Positions 13,568-27,490 of a stretch of 64,000 nt of DNA are shown in pieces. How positions within the stretch are numbered: the first letter of the stretch is position 1; the number at the start of each line of letters is the position of its first letter. The stretch covers positions 55,118,001-55,182,000 of the forward strand of contig OZ024743.1 in assembly GCA_964016885.1 (NCBI GenBank), read 5' to 3'. The notes under the pieces are model-generated. The model ran no database searches. It had not been told where the DNA came from and saw only the letters and a program-made list of their open reading frames with translations. Both the position numbers and the translations under genes were made by a program. The DNA comes from Eledone cirrhosa (taxonomy: Eukaryota).

Positions 13568-14049
13568 AAAAAAACGAAAGAACATACATACATCTCTGCT
13601 AGAGAATGGGTCGCAGATGGTGGATAGGGATACTGACACAAGATATGAGGATTAGTTGCCATATAAACAGCGGCAAGCCACTGGTGGGAGATAGGGCACT
13701 AGGTGATATAAATTCTGCAAGTAAACTCTCGCAATCCAGCCATGTAGTTAGAACTTGGCGCATCTAATCAGCTACTAAAATAGCCTAGACTTCGTAGGCC
13801 GGTGACAATTATCAATGTTGTGCCTGTCTCACATAAGTCCTACAAAAATCTGCAGTATTGTCAGATATAATAAAACCAATCTTACCGCATCGTTCTTCAC
13901 GCGAAGTAACAAAGGAGGCGTTCGGATCTTAGGTACAGGGGCCTGTTTGAAAAATATATTATAGTCTCCATCTAATACAAAAACAAAACAAAAAAATGGC
14001 GATATGCTTGTGACATGTCATGAGTGGTGTGGGTTGGGGGTGCCAATGT

Positions 14050-15250
14050 TGCATATCACGAGACTCTAAATAGGGTAACAATTGGTAACTGGAACGTTAA
14101 ATCCCTTAAAGTTAATGAGGAACAAGTGGAGGAGGCTAGATGTTACCGGCTAGATATAGACGAGGTTTCCTCTACAATCCTCCCTGGCTCTCGTGCCGTT
14201 GATTTCGATGGAGGATAAAAACTTCACTCTTTAGGTGTGGTGCCAGAAGAAAACTACACAGATGGGAGTGGGGATACTCAAAAGTCCCTGGCTGTCGAGA
14301 AATGTGTTATGGAATCGATCCCATTGGGAGGGAGAATTTTCATCTTGAAGTTTAGGCCGAAAGAAAGGCTTCTGTGGATGATGCAAGTTTATGCGTCAAA
14401 CAGAGAGTCAGAATACAGGTCCTTCCTTGTAGTTATTGCTGGGATATAAGTAGTTAAGACTTTAACACTGAGACATAAATCACAATGAAAAACTCAAATG
14501 CACATGTAGGCAATGTGACCTGATATGGAAATGATTGATTGGTAATAACGGCGACCCCCGCCCCGTTTATATGTAAACGGAGATGCCTTATTAGACTTTT
14601 TTCTAGCAATGGACTCTTTATTATGAATATTTCTTTATGTACAAAGATATCTATAAGTATACAGACTATAAGTAAAACCAAGAGAGGTCAGTAACTGATT
14701 TTAAAAATTTATCTATGAATTCTTCGATTCTGATTGACCTACGGAATAAAGTGGGAAGCGCTGGATGTATCTCAGGGCAGTTTGTGTGAGTGATGGAAGG
14801 CAGGAAGCACAATTAAATAAAGAATTACTTGAGCTAGTGGAGTAATAAGCCAATAAGCCAGCTTTAGCAGCCAGTCATAAGACGTTAGGGGGTTGGTGTA
14901 AGTGGCAAAGTCGCTATCTTTAATTCGGTGTTTGTATCTACCTTAACTATGGTCATGAATCTTGAGTAATGATCGAAAGATACGATTGCAAATACAAGCG
15001 GCCGAAATGGGGTTCCTCTGGAGGGTCTTTGGAGTAACGTTACTCTAACAGCTACTTCTCCGAATCGGAAAAGTAGCTGTTAGAATGTTTAAGGAAAGAA
15101 TCGCTAGACAGTTCGGACAAAGCCAACCGGCGGGAGATTCAAAGGTTGACCACGAGCAAAATAGTTGGATAGCATCTAAGATGTCGGTTGGACCCGCTTG
15201 GGGATCCAGCCGGATGATTAAGAAATGGCTGCTTGTGATAGGATGCTATG
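14050..15250 (+). mobile_element. Highly decayed RTE-type LINE (AP endonuclease and 3' remnants)
   Basis: VTIGNWNVKSL...EEARCYRLDIDEVSST and QVYASN motifs typical of LINE APE domains. Confidence 0.6.
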
Positions 15251-15471
15251 GAATAAGTGGGCGAAGAAGATATATATAAGCATATATATATGAATATATA
15301 TGTATATATAAAAAAGAAAATTTCGTTCTACATGGCTGAATACAATAAATCTAATCTGAGTTTTTCGAATATTAATAATTGTTTCTACTTTAGGCACAAG
15401 GCCAGCAATTATCCAGTGCATTACTGGTACTTTATTTTATCGACCCCGTAAGGATGAAAGGCAAAATATTA

Positions 15472-16005
15472 ATAATAACATTCGATTCGTTTGCAATTTT
15501 GCAAACAAGCCTCAATCTTTTAGCCATGTCAGTAGAATGAACACATCATTCTTGCTCTTGTGTGGCATGCGAACAGAACTGCAGACACTAATGTTTCTGG
15601 GTATCACCCTTCATCAGTACAGCTCACTGTTCACCTGCCAATCTGTCAGAACTAGTGAAAATATATGCTATTTTCAAAAATACGGACGGTCTGCTGATAT
15701 GAAAATCTGGCTGATCAGTGGATCTGCTAAAATGCAGATCTGACTGGTCAGCCAGCCTGCTAACATGCAAATCAGGCCGATCAGTCACTGTGTATTTTTG
15801 AAAATAGCATATATTTTCACTAGCTCTGACAGTTTGGCAGGTGAACAGTGAGCTGTACTGATGAAGGGTGATACCCAGAAACATTAGTGTCTGCAGTTCT
15901 GTTCGCATGCCAACACAAGAGCAAGAATGAAGTGTTCATTCTACTGACATGGTTATAAAATTGAGGCTTGTTTGCATAATTGCAACCGAATCGAATGTTA
16001 TTATT
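15472..16005. mobile_element. Fold-back element with ~210-bp inverted arms, each carrying a hammerhead motif
   Basis: 15472-15683 is the reverse complement of 15792-16005 (ORF track shows the same peptide on both strands); spacer has three ~32-bp repeats. Confidence 0.85.
15850..15899 (+). ncRNA. Type I hammerhead ribozyme motif (mirror copy on minus strand at 15576-15625)
   Basis: GAGCTGTA-CTGATGA-AGGGTGATACCCA-GAAAC-ATTAGT-GTC-TGCAGTTC; 8-bp stem I including G-U pairs. Confidence 0.8.
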
Positions 16006-16017
16006 AACTCAGATTAC

Positions 16018-16050
<33 letters not shown>

Positions 16051-16051
<1 letters not shown>

Positions 16052-16238
16052 CGAAGGAGGTGTGGTAAGGAACCAGATGAACCATAACGCGCCAGAATAC
16101 TCAATACTTAGTGTAGTAGAGTGGGTTATAGGAACAAGTTTGACCTCGACGGCAGAGCTCAAGCCGTTTCGACGGCTATTTCTCAACTGAAATAACCATC
16201 GAAACGGCTTGAGCTCTGCCGTCGGGGCCAAACATTTT

Positions 16239-16244
<6 letters not shown>
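16051..16244. mobile_element. (TA)n-flanked hairpin element carrying the HHR 3' half (family H1)
   Basis: CGACGGCAGAGCTCAAGCCGTTTCGA / TCGAAACGGCTTGAGCTCTGCCGTCG inverted arms. Confidence 0.8.
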
Positions 16245-16327
<83 letters not shown>

Positions 16328-16353
16328 GGGTGTGTATGATTGTGTATAGAAGA

Positions 16354-16878
16354 TTATATTAATAAAAGGAATTCCAACTTTGTCTGATTTACTCGTTTTA
16401 TTTACAATCCTTTAAAATTATAATGGTATTAGAATGAAATAGTATGGTAGAATATTAAACGTTAAGTGTTAATTGTACTTTCATGCTTTCGCAATCTTCA
16501 GGTTCATATTCTGTGGATAGGGTCAAATAGAAGTCGTTAGATATGCTCAACCAACCGTGACGCCTAAACCAATCAGCTTTAGTAATCCAGTGAAACTACA
16601 CACCGATTGGTCGAAATACAGTTTGCAAAATTTCGCATTCTGAAGCCACTTTTCACTGTATATAAAGCACAAAATTTACCCATCTCATTACAGTTGAAAA
16701 TTGCAAATTTGACTGTCACCACAGAATATGAACCTGAAGATTGCGAAAGCATGAAAGTACTTGTTCAATTAACACTTAACATTCTACCATATTATTTCAT
16801 TCTAATACCATTATAATTTTAAAGGATTTTAAATAAAACGAGTAAATCAGACAAAGTTGGAATTCCTTTTATTAATAT
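16354..16878. mobile_element. Inverted-repeat element, ~160-bp arms, with a minimal HHR-like core (CTGAAGA-TTGC-GAAA)
   Basis: 16354-16517 is the reverse complement of 16718-16878; TA-rich flanks. Confidence 0.7.
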
Positions 16879-17325
16879 ATATATATATAAATATCAGGAT
16901 GTAACGAAAGTTCTGTCCGTTTTCATTTTTTAAGGTAAAATTATATTTATAATATGCCAAACTCACTAATGTGTTTCATTTTCTTTCAGATTTTGTCAAA
17001 TTTATCTTTATTGAAGCTGTTGTATAGGCACCATTTTCACTCCATATAAAGAACATATCAAATTTTATTTCAAGCACATAGCAATCTGAGCCACATATTT
17101 TTTTCATAAAACTGAAATAAATTCATAATATTAGTTAGATTCGAGTTACAAGTCGGCATAGTCACATATTTCGCCATCTCCCTTAACTTTTGAAAATCAT
17201 GAAACTTGTGAAACCGGTAAAGTTATAAATTATTGTAAATAAACCTTCTTAAAGAATTGAATTGCATTTTCAACTTCTTTTTCATATATATATATACACG
17301 TGCACGCACATGCACACGCACACAT

Positions 17326-17412
<87 letters not shown>

Positions 17413-17639
17413 CACACATGCACACACAGAAACACACACGAAAACTACATAGCAAACAAGACCGTGAAATGAAGGAGTATATGAATGTAACGCTTCGTCT
17501 TTACGTTTCGGACTCTACCAGAAGATAGAATGAGAAATAAAAGATGAAATAGAAAGATAGAGAACGAAAAGAGTAATGGATGGCAAAATATCTGGTGAAA
17601 AATTACCTGTGTAAATGGATGGATCTAAATATTTAGATG

Positions 17640-18780
17640 CTTTCTTCGAGACTAACCGTTAATTGAAAAGCTTTTCACGAACAAGATAATCTATTCATAA
17701 AACTTTACATGACTATGAGGCAACTAGACCGCAGTCATCGGCGTAAAGAAGTTCGTGAATGAAAGATTGGAGGACTTTAGTCTTTGTAGCAAATCGCCTG
17801 ATGTTGAAAAGCTTTCTTGAGAAATGATACATGAAGATTCCAACATTAATGCCCCTGAAGGTATCAATGAGAACCACAGAGAATAAGTGAGAACAGAATA
17901 GGAGCCATGCGATCCCACTGCTTAACACCATTTTTAAATTTGATTTTCTCTGAAATGATAATATCAATATTTATCCAGACCTTCATGTTGTCATGAAAAG
18001 ATTTGATGACATTAACAAAATATTCTGCGCACCCTATCCTGACAGGGATTTCCCACAGAGCATCTCTTTTCACCGACAATTACCTGATACAGGTTCTATT
18101 GTTGTCCCTAACACTATTGTTGCTCATTGCACTCCGATGGATAGTAGACGTTGTTAGATCTGATGACAGCAGAATCCCGACACAAGTCCTTTATAGCGAG
18201 GCAATACCTAGTGCAAGTTCACAACACAAAACTGCCTTTCATGGATTGTGTAAGAGATCCTTCAACATAGTACAAAATTGACCCATCACACTTGAAGGTC
18301 ATGGCATTAAGTAGAAACAAGTGGTACGCTGCTATATTTAAAGGTGTAAGACTTTTCAAGGAATCCGCTTCGGAAATGGCTAGTATTAAGCGGGCAGCTA
18401 AGAAAGGCCAGCATGTGGAGACCTCTGTACTTCAGTTTATATGCAATATATGTAGCCGAATATCCTGTCAAAAGTTGGCTTTACAACTCATCAACGTAAG
18501 CACGCAGAAATGCCGCAGGTTGAATACGCACAATTCTGTGCAGCCAAAATGACATGTGGTATATATGGCAGCGAATTTTAGAATAAGTTGGGACATACAA
18601 GTCATTTAAAATTACATAATCCTTGGTCCGGATCAGACGGAAACGCCGAATCATATAAGTGAATTCCTATGCATTTTACGCAACAAAACAGGCAAATCTC
18701 TAGCAGATTTTAAGAGCCACTACAGGGCTCATACCAACCAATAGAAATAAATTATTTGTCGATATGGTCTTACTAGTCTA
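17640..18780. mobile_element. Decayed RTE LINE with inverted 5' part (minus 17640-18075, plus ~18130-18780)
   Basis: Minus: RDALWEIPVRIGC, GVKQ, ELLYADDCGLVAS. Plus: VVRSDDSRIPTQVLYSE and ICNICSR Zn-finger-like tail. Confidence 0.7.
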
Positions 18781-18948
18781 ACCTCGGACTACTCATACAC
18801 CTATCTGTTCTTTCCTTATCCAAACTTTCCCGGAGAAGGACTACTGTCCAAGACGTTCAAACCTCCTCCACTTCCTCCAAGCGTGAACCTCATGTAACTG
18901 TGTCATTTTGCCTCCTGTGTTTTATTTTGTTTTGTTTCATTTATTAAC

Positions 18949-18982
<34 letters not shown>

Positions 18983-19087
18983 CGCGCAAGTATGTGTTTG
19001 TGTGTGTGCGAATATGTGTGTGTGTGCGACTGTGTTTGTGTCTGTGTGTGCGCGCGCGCGCGCAAGTATGTGTGTGTGTCTGTGACT

Positions 19088-20525
19088 GTGATGGCTACAA
19101 CTCGATTTCCATTAATGATATCGCTTGATACTTAAGCATGAGCAGCACGGATGTGGTCTTTTGTGGTGCTAGGGACTTACACACTCCTACACAGACGTTG
19201 CAACAATGGGAGTCTCTCGTAGCAGGCGTTACGATCCTGTTTTGGCGCACTTTCAGATGACGTTTCAGTCTACGAACTGAGGCACACTCTTTTCCAAACT
19301 TCCCACAAACAGAAATGTCATATAATGCACAGTTGACAGTGTCCGCGTATACGTGGCTTCTCAGATGACTTCCAAGACCCGCCCTACTTAGACATAAACG
19401 GCCACATTCTTTACAGGTTAATTCAACCAACATGCTAAGATACTTAGACAAACCAAAATCAGGGCCCTTACGAGCACACCGCTTCAGCTGTTTATGCTCA
19501 ACACGGTTTCTTTCAAATAGTCTCCTCCCATCATGCGCTGCCTTCCTCTAGGAAAATCGATCTAGAGCCTTGTTCTTCCAGTTATTCTCAGATATTGTCA
19601 CCTTCCTCTGTGTGCTTTTAATGCATTTCCTGAACCTCAATTTTGGTTTGTGCGCCGGTCGTTTACCTTCGACCAGCTCACCATACAGAAACTGCCTAAG
19701 GATGCGATCATCATCCATTCTCACTACAAGACCACTCCATTTTAATCGATGTTGAAATATGAGATTCTTTAAACTGGTAGACCGACTGTGTTCAAGGAGT
19801 TCAGTGTTAATCACGTTCATTTTCCAGGGGATGCCCTGTATGTGTGGAAGACACTATTGGTGAAAGTGCTACAACCTTATGTAAGTGACCCAATCTTAGG
19901 TAAGTGACCCAAGTCTCAGATGCATACAACAAAAAGGACAAACCACAAACATTATACACTTTTACACAATTAACTTTGTTTCAATGGAAATACCATGCTG
20001 AGACCATGGACGTCTATCTAGTTTTCCACTTGTCTTCTTTATTCGGAGGGAGATGTCTTCATTCAGAGTATTGGTCATATTCACAGAGTTACTTAGATAT
20101 ACAAAAAATCCACGACTTTCAATTTCTGGCCATATACATATATGTCTATGGCCTGGTGCTGGTTGGTTCAACACCAGTCTTTTTCAAACTGATTGTTAGG
20201 TCCATTGAACCTTTTACCTGTTGTTCGATATCTAATGTAGTCCCCTTGTGAGCAACGTTCAAAAGCCATCAAGAAAAACATTGCAAATTACAACGCAAAT
20301 AAAGTTGGCACCGAAATGTTCCCTTGATCAACACCATTTTCAACCACAATGGGATCAGAAAACTTACCCACGACATTAACACTTGTCTTCATTCCATCAT
20401 GGGAACCGCTCAGCACATAAACAAATCAATCAGGACACCCGGGTTTGCTAAGAATCTTCCACGGGGCAATTCTATTGACTATCAAAAGCCTTTGCCTGAT
20501 CGATAAACACTTAATGCAGGTCCAA
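19088..20525 (-). mobile_element. Decayed RTE-clade LINE 3' half with C2H2 Zn-finger-like C-terminus
   Basis: RLKWSGLVVRMDDDRILRQFLYGELVEGKRPAHKPKLRF; CKECGRLCLSRAGLGSHLRSH. Confidence 0.85.
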
Positions 20526-20648
20526 ACATTTTTTACATAGATCTATAGGATATGCATACCAACACTAACATATATATCCTAGAAACGATCGTAAAATGAT
20601 GAATGTTTTAATATAAGGAACTGTTTCTTTGTTTATTCATTATTTGTA

Positions 20649-20688
<40 letters not shown>

Positions 20689-20702
20689 AGTCTTCAAATT
20701 TA

Positions 20703-20802
<100 letters not shown>

Positions 20803-22354
20803 GTTGTATCTTCTCAAGTGTTGACGTGTCTATTCTCATAGCGGCTCATTACTTGTAAACATACAAGGCAGAAAACTGTCAATAAACGTAGTATCCGATC
20901 TCTTCGTCCGTTTGATTGCTAATTAAGTCCCCCGTCTCTTATACTCTAAGGCTTTCGTCTCCTTCTTTTTCTCTTTTTCATAATCACTTGATGATTTAAT
21001 GACACTAATAATATATATAGTATCAGTACTCCGATTCCTGGTAGTTTTTTTTTTCGTTTATTTCCTGTTAATTTTTTTTTTGTTGGTTTCGCTTTAAGCA
21101 AAGATATAGATTTTCTTGGTTCATTTATAATTCAAATGCTGAAGAGGAGATTCTCTGACACCAGAAGAACGTCAGAAACGAGACATAACACAACAAATGT
21201 GTGTTTTAAGTCTATAAATCACTTCAACTTTAATTTCAACAACGATAAACATTTGTATTTATGAGATTGGGTTTCTCTTGAGTGGCATTTACTGAAATCA
21301 GCTTGCTTTATTTATAAAGCTAGTTTCACTTTGTGCTTTTTGTTTTTGTTTTGTTTTCCTATCGTATTTTTTTATTTGGTAAGATATAATTTTGCATTAT
21401 TCAATAGATTGTCGTTTTCTCATGCCCTCCTCTCTCTCTCTCTCTGTCTCTTGCTCTTTTCTCTCTATTTCTCTCACTCTCTCTCTCACTTGTCACCAAC
21501 GGTGCCACAGCAGTGAATATTTAGTGTCATTCTAATTGAACTAAAAACAGAAATAAACACATAAAGCCATATTTTATCGTTTTTAGTCATGTGTTTCTTT
21601 GATTTAGCTGCTTTTTCAGCTTTTAAATTTTCTCCACTTAAATCGAGTTAAAACTGTAACTATTTCTCGTAAATATAATTAATTTGGCGTGAGTATTCTG
21701 TCAGAAAAAAACAAGTTATGAATTAGTAGCTTATAAGTAGGAGAATGTCACCGATTAAATCTGATAATTTATATATGGAAGAGAGGCCTTTATATAGTAC
21801 TGTGTACCACTTGAGTGTAGGCTACGAATGACTGTTTTGAAGAATTTCTTGATCATAGACTTCACTGGGATTTGACTAACCGCTACCTTCTTGAGTCGGT
21901 TCCCGTTGTAACCTCTGAACTTCTCGGCCCCCAGACTGACATTTTCCAGATGAGAGCAGCCCGCCCGAGGAAAGACCCTGTGAGATGCACTGGCTGATGC
22001 AATGTCTGTTGCTGGTTGTTTCCTACATCAAAACCAAGGGTGTAGAGTTTGCTTCCCTCCATTATTTCATTATATAGTTTTTCTTTCTCCCCCTCAGTTT
22101 TTTTCTCTTTTTTCCTCTCTTCCTGTTATTCTAATCCATTGAAAAATTACTTTAATTTGTGTAGCAAGAAGAATAAAAAGAAGTAGGCACGCCTACACTA
22201 ACACATCCATGTTTCTTTATGTTTCCCACACAACTTATTTCACACTCTGAATTCTGAGATGTAGAGCTCTTCACAGAATTCTTTGATTTAGCTCAGTATT
22301 TGATTAGATCTCACATTTTCTTTCTTCTGTATGTATTTTTTCCTTCTATGCAAT

Positions 22355-22648
22355 TACTCTCGGGTCTCAAAAAATAGGGTAGTGGTGGAATATGTGGGTA
22401 TGGAAAATCAGTAATTTTTCTAGGGTGTCACCGTTGATTTAAAAAAAAACAGAATTAGTCGTTTAATTTACATATTGAAACCCCAACCCGTCCTATTTAT
22501 TTTAAAACGTATAGGATTTCTAGTAATGAACTTTCTTTTTTTGTCATGTATGATGTTTTTAATGTTTAAAGAAAATCAATTGTCGCAGGAGACAAATTAG
22601 CAAATTGTAATAAGCAAAGGGGGAGTATTATTCGAGATTCAAGAGTAT
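22355..22648. mobile_element. TA-flanked MITE (Tc1/mariner-pogo-like); relatives at 37868-38190, 53755-54140 and 58610-59000
   Basis: TIR TACTCTCGGGTCTC / TTATTCGAGA(C)CCGAGAGTA; shared internal CCATCCTATTTATTTTAAAACG. Confidence 0.7.
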
Positions 22649-23049
22649 ACTTCTAACCACACCTGTGTTAGAAATGGGGGTAGGAACAAGGAAATGGTAT
22701 TCCTCCTTTTTTAGGTTTCCTGCGCTGCCTGTAGAATCACAAACCATAAACCACACACATTCATATGCAGATTATATCATTGTTTAAAATATCGCTATTC
22801 ACACGTAATATAAACATCCCACAGAAAATATTTATCAACACTGAGTTTGTGTCTCTGTGTTGGGTCTCCGTCGGTCCCGACGATAATTGTTCTAGTTGTT
22901 CGATGAATAAAAAAAACCTGCTCGTGAAATTAATGTGCAGGCTGTTTTAATTAAGCACTCCATAGACACGTGTACTCTCAGAAATGGTCAGTGTGTCAGA
23001 GTGTGTGACAAGGTTAGCTCTTTGAATTATATGTATAACTACTTTCTCC

Positions 23050-23355
23050 AGCCGTAACCTGGTGCAGTCTCCGACTAATCCAGGCTTCGGGCCGAAGAGG
23101 GGAAATTCTCCAAATATCGGTCGCTCTTCGACAGTTTTGCGATTGAGCCCGTAGCAGTGGAAACTTCTGGTGTCCTTGACCCTAGGACAACCTCCCTACT
23201 CACCACCATCGATACGGTGTTGGCTACGCGTAGGTATGAGCCTCACGATCTAAAATGGCTCTTTCAACACGTCTCACGCACTATTTTCCAGGAAACGCCT
23301 TCTCTATTCTGTCCGTCGGGACCGCGGAGCGGCCAGCGCGTGGGCTTGCATTTGC
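23050..23355 (+). mobile_element. C-terminal fragment of an RLE-type (CRE-like) non-LTR retrotransposon
   Basis: KYRSL...FAIEPVAVETSGVLDP...WLFQHVSRTI resembles the KY..L...P.A.ET.G...FQR.S motif. Confidence 0.55.
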
Positions 23356-23499
23356 ATATACTAGTGAGAGATGGGGAGCGGGAGAAAGAAGGAGACAGTG
23401 AGTGAAATAGAGAGACCATACACAAGGTTTGATGAGATAACCATACGATCTGTGTAGTCTTCCTATTACTTATTACTGATTTTAAAAGCAGAGATATAT

Positions 23500-23678
23500 T
23501 TGTTTACCTGCCTTGAAATGCAAGGTATGACTTATTTTCGCCAGCTGAGTAAATTGGAGCAACGTGAAATAAAAAAAATTTGCTCAAAATCATAACGTGA
23601 TGCTCGGTTTGAGAATGGAACTCGCGACCTTACTATCATGAGCTGAACACCCTAACTATATATTTCACACGCCTTCAC
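23500..23678 (-). mobile_element. tRNA/CORE-type SINE (family B); other pieces at 3838, 24997, 31776-32490, 38190, 41300, 42540, 51320 and 59260
   Basis: GGAGCAACGTGAAAT...TGCTCAA core and ACACCCTAAC...CACGCCTTCAC head. Confidence 0.7.
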
Positions 23679-23699
23679 CAGTCAGTAATACTGTTTGAT

Positions 23700-24280
23700 T
23701 AATAGATGACTGCTTCGTCTGATTATATGGCGATGATGTTGGTTATTGTGGTAGTGATGATGGAGGTAGTGATAGTGTTGATCATGGTGCTGGTGGCGAT
23801 GAAGTTGGGTTTTTTTTTGTGATGGCGATGTGGATAAAGGTGATTGTAAGGGCATTCGTGATGATGGTGATAGTGTTTGCAATGATGATGTTGATGGTGA
23901 TAGTAGTGGTGGTTGGTCTAGGTGTTGATGTTTATGATGATGGTGTACGTTATGATATTGGTGATGGAGTAGTAATTGATAGTGATGGTGTTAATGCTCG
24001 TGATGACGATGGTAATGGTATCGGTGATGATGATGGTGATGGCGACAGTGTTGGCGATGTTGGTGACGGCGATGTTGCTGATGTCGATGATGATAGTGCT
24101 GGAGAGGGTGATAGAATGAGTGATGGCGGTGATGGCGGTGATGGCGACGACAGTAATAACGATGATGGTGATAGCGTTGATGTAGATGTTTGCAATAGTG
24201 TTTATGATGGTGATGCTGATGCCGGTAATGGCGACGGTGATGGCAATGGTGGGGTGGGGGTAGCGGCTGAAGAATGGCAG
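23700..24280. repeat. Degenerate (GAT/GGT)n array
   Basis: Direct inspection. Confidence 0.85.
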
Positions 24281-25344
24281 TGAGGACAGGTTCTGTCAAA
24301 ATGTGTTGATGTTCTTCCCATGCAGTATTACGGTCGAGGGTGGGTGCCGGGGCTGATATCTGAAAGGTTACTAGGTGTGTTCTCATATATTTGCTGCCGT
24401 CAGTTGTGAAGGGGGTCACGCCAGTTCTCATGTCAACACTTTCACTAGGAATATGAAGTGAGAGCTATTGAAAGAATATCTGCAAAAAATTCTACACATT
24501 ATATATGAGTGAGTGTGCGCGCCGTGTGTATATATAACACATATGTATGGCTGGTGGTGGAAATAATGAGGACGATGATGATGATAATTATGATGCTAGT
24601 GATAATGATGATGGTGTTGTTGAAGGTGGTAATGATGGTGGTCATGATGTTGGTAGCGGTGCTGATGATGATGTATGTATATGTCGCGTGTATGTATATA
24701 TGTGTGTGTATATATGAATGTATGTATGTGTTTGTGTGTGTTTAAGGGGAAAGTATAGTAAGAACTAATGCACATATACATACATGCATACACATATATG
24801 CATATATGTGTATATGTGTGTGTATGTGATGCAGAATGTGCGTTATGACTGTGATGTGTACGTCATATGGTGGAGTGATGTGGTTATGATACTGTAGTCG
24901 TGGTGCTAAGAATAAGAATAAACAAAAATTCTTTCTAATATGTTTTGAGGATAGGAGCAGACATTTTCCCTCAGCACGCAATGAATTAGATATAAGAAGG
25001 CGTGTGGCCTAACGGTTAAGATGCTGGATTCACGTTCGTAAGGACCTGGGTTTGATTTCTTGGCCATGTGGTGTGTGCGTTCTTGAGTAAAATGTATTAT
25101 GTCGTGTTGTCGTCTCTGACAGGAGTTGCGATCGACAGAGAGTATCAGCAACGGAAAGATCAATAGAAACATTGTTTCCGCCATTTGATTCAACCATCAG
25201 CTTCTTTTTTCCAACAGGAGTTGCGACTGACAAATAGAATCACCAATGGAGAGATCAATGAAAGCAGTATTACCTTGGTCTGATCAGATGATCGATACCT
25301 TTCCTTTCGTTTTTACCTGCATGTTAGGTAGTTAAAATGATAAT

Positions 25345-25531
25345 TGTTTCTACTTTAGGCACAAGGCCAGCAATTACCCAGTGCATTACTGGTACTTTAT
25401 TTTATCGACCCCGTAAGGATGAAAGGCAAAGTAAACCTCGGCGGGATTTGAACTCAGATCGTAAAGGGACGTAACTATGCTGGAAAGCATGGCGTCCGAC
25501 CCTCTACCGATACTGCCAATCCACCGCCTTA
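25345..25531 (-). mobile_element. Young family A SINE with 17-bp TSD
   Basis: TSD GTAGTTAAAATGATAAT at 25328-25344 and 25532-25548; close to the copies at 44066-44250 and 56487-56672. Confidence 0.9.
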
Positions 25532-26192
25532 GTAGTTAAAATGATAATGGTGAGAATTATGAAGATAGTGATGTTAATGATGATGATGATTATGATGATG
25601 ATGATGGAGCTGCCAGTGGTTGTGATTGTAGTTGTGATGATAATAATAGTATATATGGGGCTAGTGTTGACGGTAGCCATTATGTTGATAGAGTAATGAG
25701 GCTGCTGATGATTGTGAAGGAGATGATGATGGATATGGTGGTGGTAGAGACTTTGGTTGGGGTTTTGGTGGAGTGGTGAGGTAGTTATGATGATGATGAT
25801 AGTGATGGTCGGTGACTATTCTTTTTGTCTGTCACTGTTGAACTAAATACAATTACTGTACTCGCTTATTCATATAATTATTTCTACTTTTGTAACAAGG
25901 CCAGCATACACCCAGTGCATTACTGGTGCTTTATTCTCTCGACTCCGTAAGGATGACAGGTAAAGTTAACTCCGACGGGATTTGAACTCAGAACGTAAAG
26001 GGCCATAACTCGATGCTGCAAAGCATGGTGTCTAACGCTCTACCGATACTTCAAATTCACTATTTATTCAATGTATGATAGATTTCAGTCTGTTCCGACG
26101 ACGAGTGTTCAACTTGTTCGAGCAAAGTTACATCGTGCTCTTGAAATTAATGTGCAAGTGGCTGAGTTATATGTTACCAATAGCTCAGACAT

Positions 26193-26231
<39 letters not shown>

Positions 26232-27490
26232 GTCATCAACTGATGTGCATTTTTAATAACTAAGCGGCGATAAACGAAGTAACATATTATCTTGAGCCAG
26301 ATTTATAAATTTACGTGGTATGTAATCTTTATAATCTCTGTATAAATGTTTGGACTTGACCCCATCTAGCGGGCATGCTAGGGTACCTGGTGGATTTAAT
26401 GATTTGGGCACTTTGTGTTATTTTCTTTTCTGTTTTGTATAAATTGTTACCCACGTGTTCTAATCGCTGCTGCTGTTACCAGGCATTGTTTTTGACGAGA
26501 TCGTAACTGGATTGTGTGGAGACTTTGGTTGGATTAAATCTGGAACTGAAACTTGAACACATTATGTTATACGCCCTGGGATCTCATACATAAGGGGTCT
26601 TTTGATGTATAAATCCAGCATATAATTCCTGTTACTGGATGTGATGTTATGTTTGAGTGATAATTTATACCCCAACTATTTTGTACTTTTGAACGACTAC
26701 ATATGTTGTATTATTTAGACTGATTTGTTATCTATTGACAATCCTATTTCTATCTAACCCCTAGACATTCGGGACATAGGTAACCGATCGGTCTAGCCTA
26801 TATGGTTAATATACATATGTAGTATCTCTTTGCCAGTTGGTTTTACAGTAACTAAAATAAGATTGTGGGGCTTTTGCTTCAGCTATATCTTACAATAACC
26901 ACGATTTGCTTGTGTATAGCTTGCTTTATATGTGGTGCCTGTCCATATACTTGTTATACTCAGCTCTATCCTGTAATAACCCTAACTTGCTTGTGTATGG
27001 CTTGCATTTATGTGATACCTGTCTATATGCTTGGATAAGAACCTCTTAGTGCTTATATAACTATAAGTTACGGAGATCCTATTCACTCATTTTATTAGAG
27101 ACCAGCGCTTAAATTCCTCTGGTTTCTTTATGTGCTTAAAGTATTTTTCTTCTTTCTGTTTTTATTTCTTTCTTTTTAAAAATTTTTACCGTTTTATTTA
27201 CTTTTTATCTCTTTATATTATCTTCCTTTTATATTTTTATTATTTTATTATTTTTTTTTTATTATGTTTTAACCATTGCTTGTATTTTTTGCTTTTGTGT
27301 GCCATCAATTGTATCTGCATCTTGTGAAATCTGCTTGTGCCCTAGCGTTTAGCCGTGGTGCTTAACAACCCCAACATGTACCCCCTCCTTGTTCGCCATC
27401 TCCGATCTCCCTATCTTTACCCTCTTTTGTATTCCGATTGTTCGTGTGACTAGGCTTGGTGGAGCTTATACTCAGCACTGTGTTTATTAA

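Noticed and set aside
23819-24283. Asp/Gly-rich 154-aa ORF resembling an acidic matrix protein
   Set aside because: Lies entirely in a degenerate (GAT/GGT)n tract
25120-25320. Duplicated peptide-like motif (DLSIGDSICQSQLL / DLSVADTLCRSQLL)
   Set aside because: The two copies are in different frames with a stop nearby and directly follow a SINE head; more likely an internal repeat duplication
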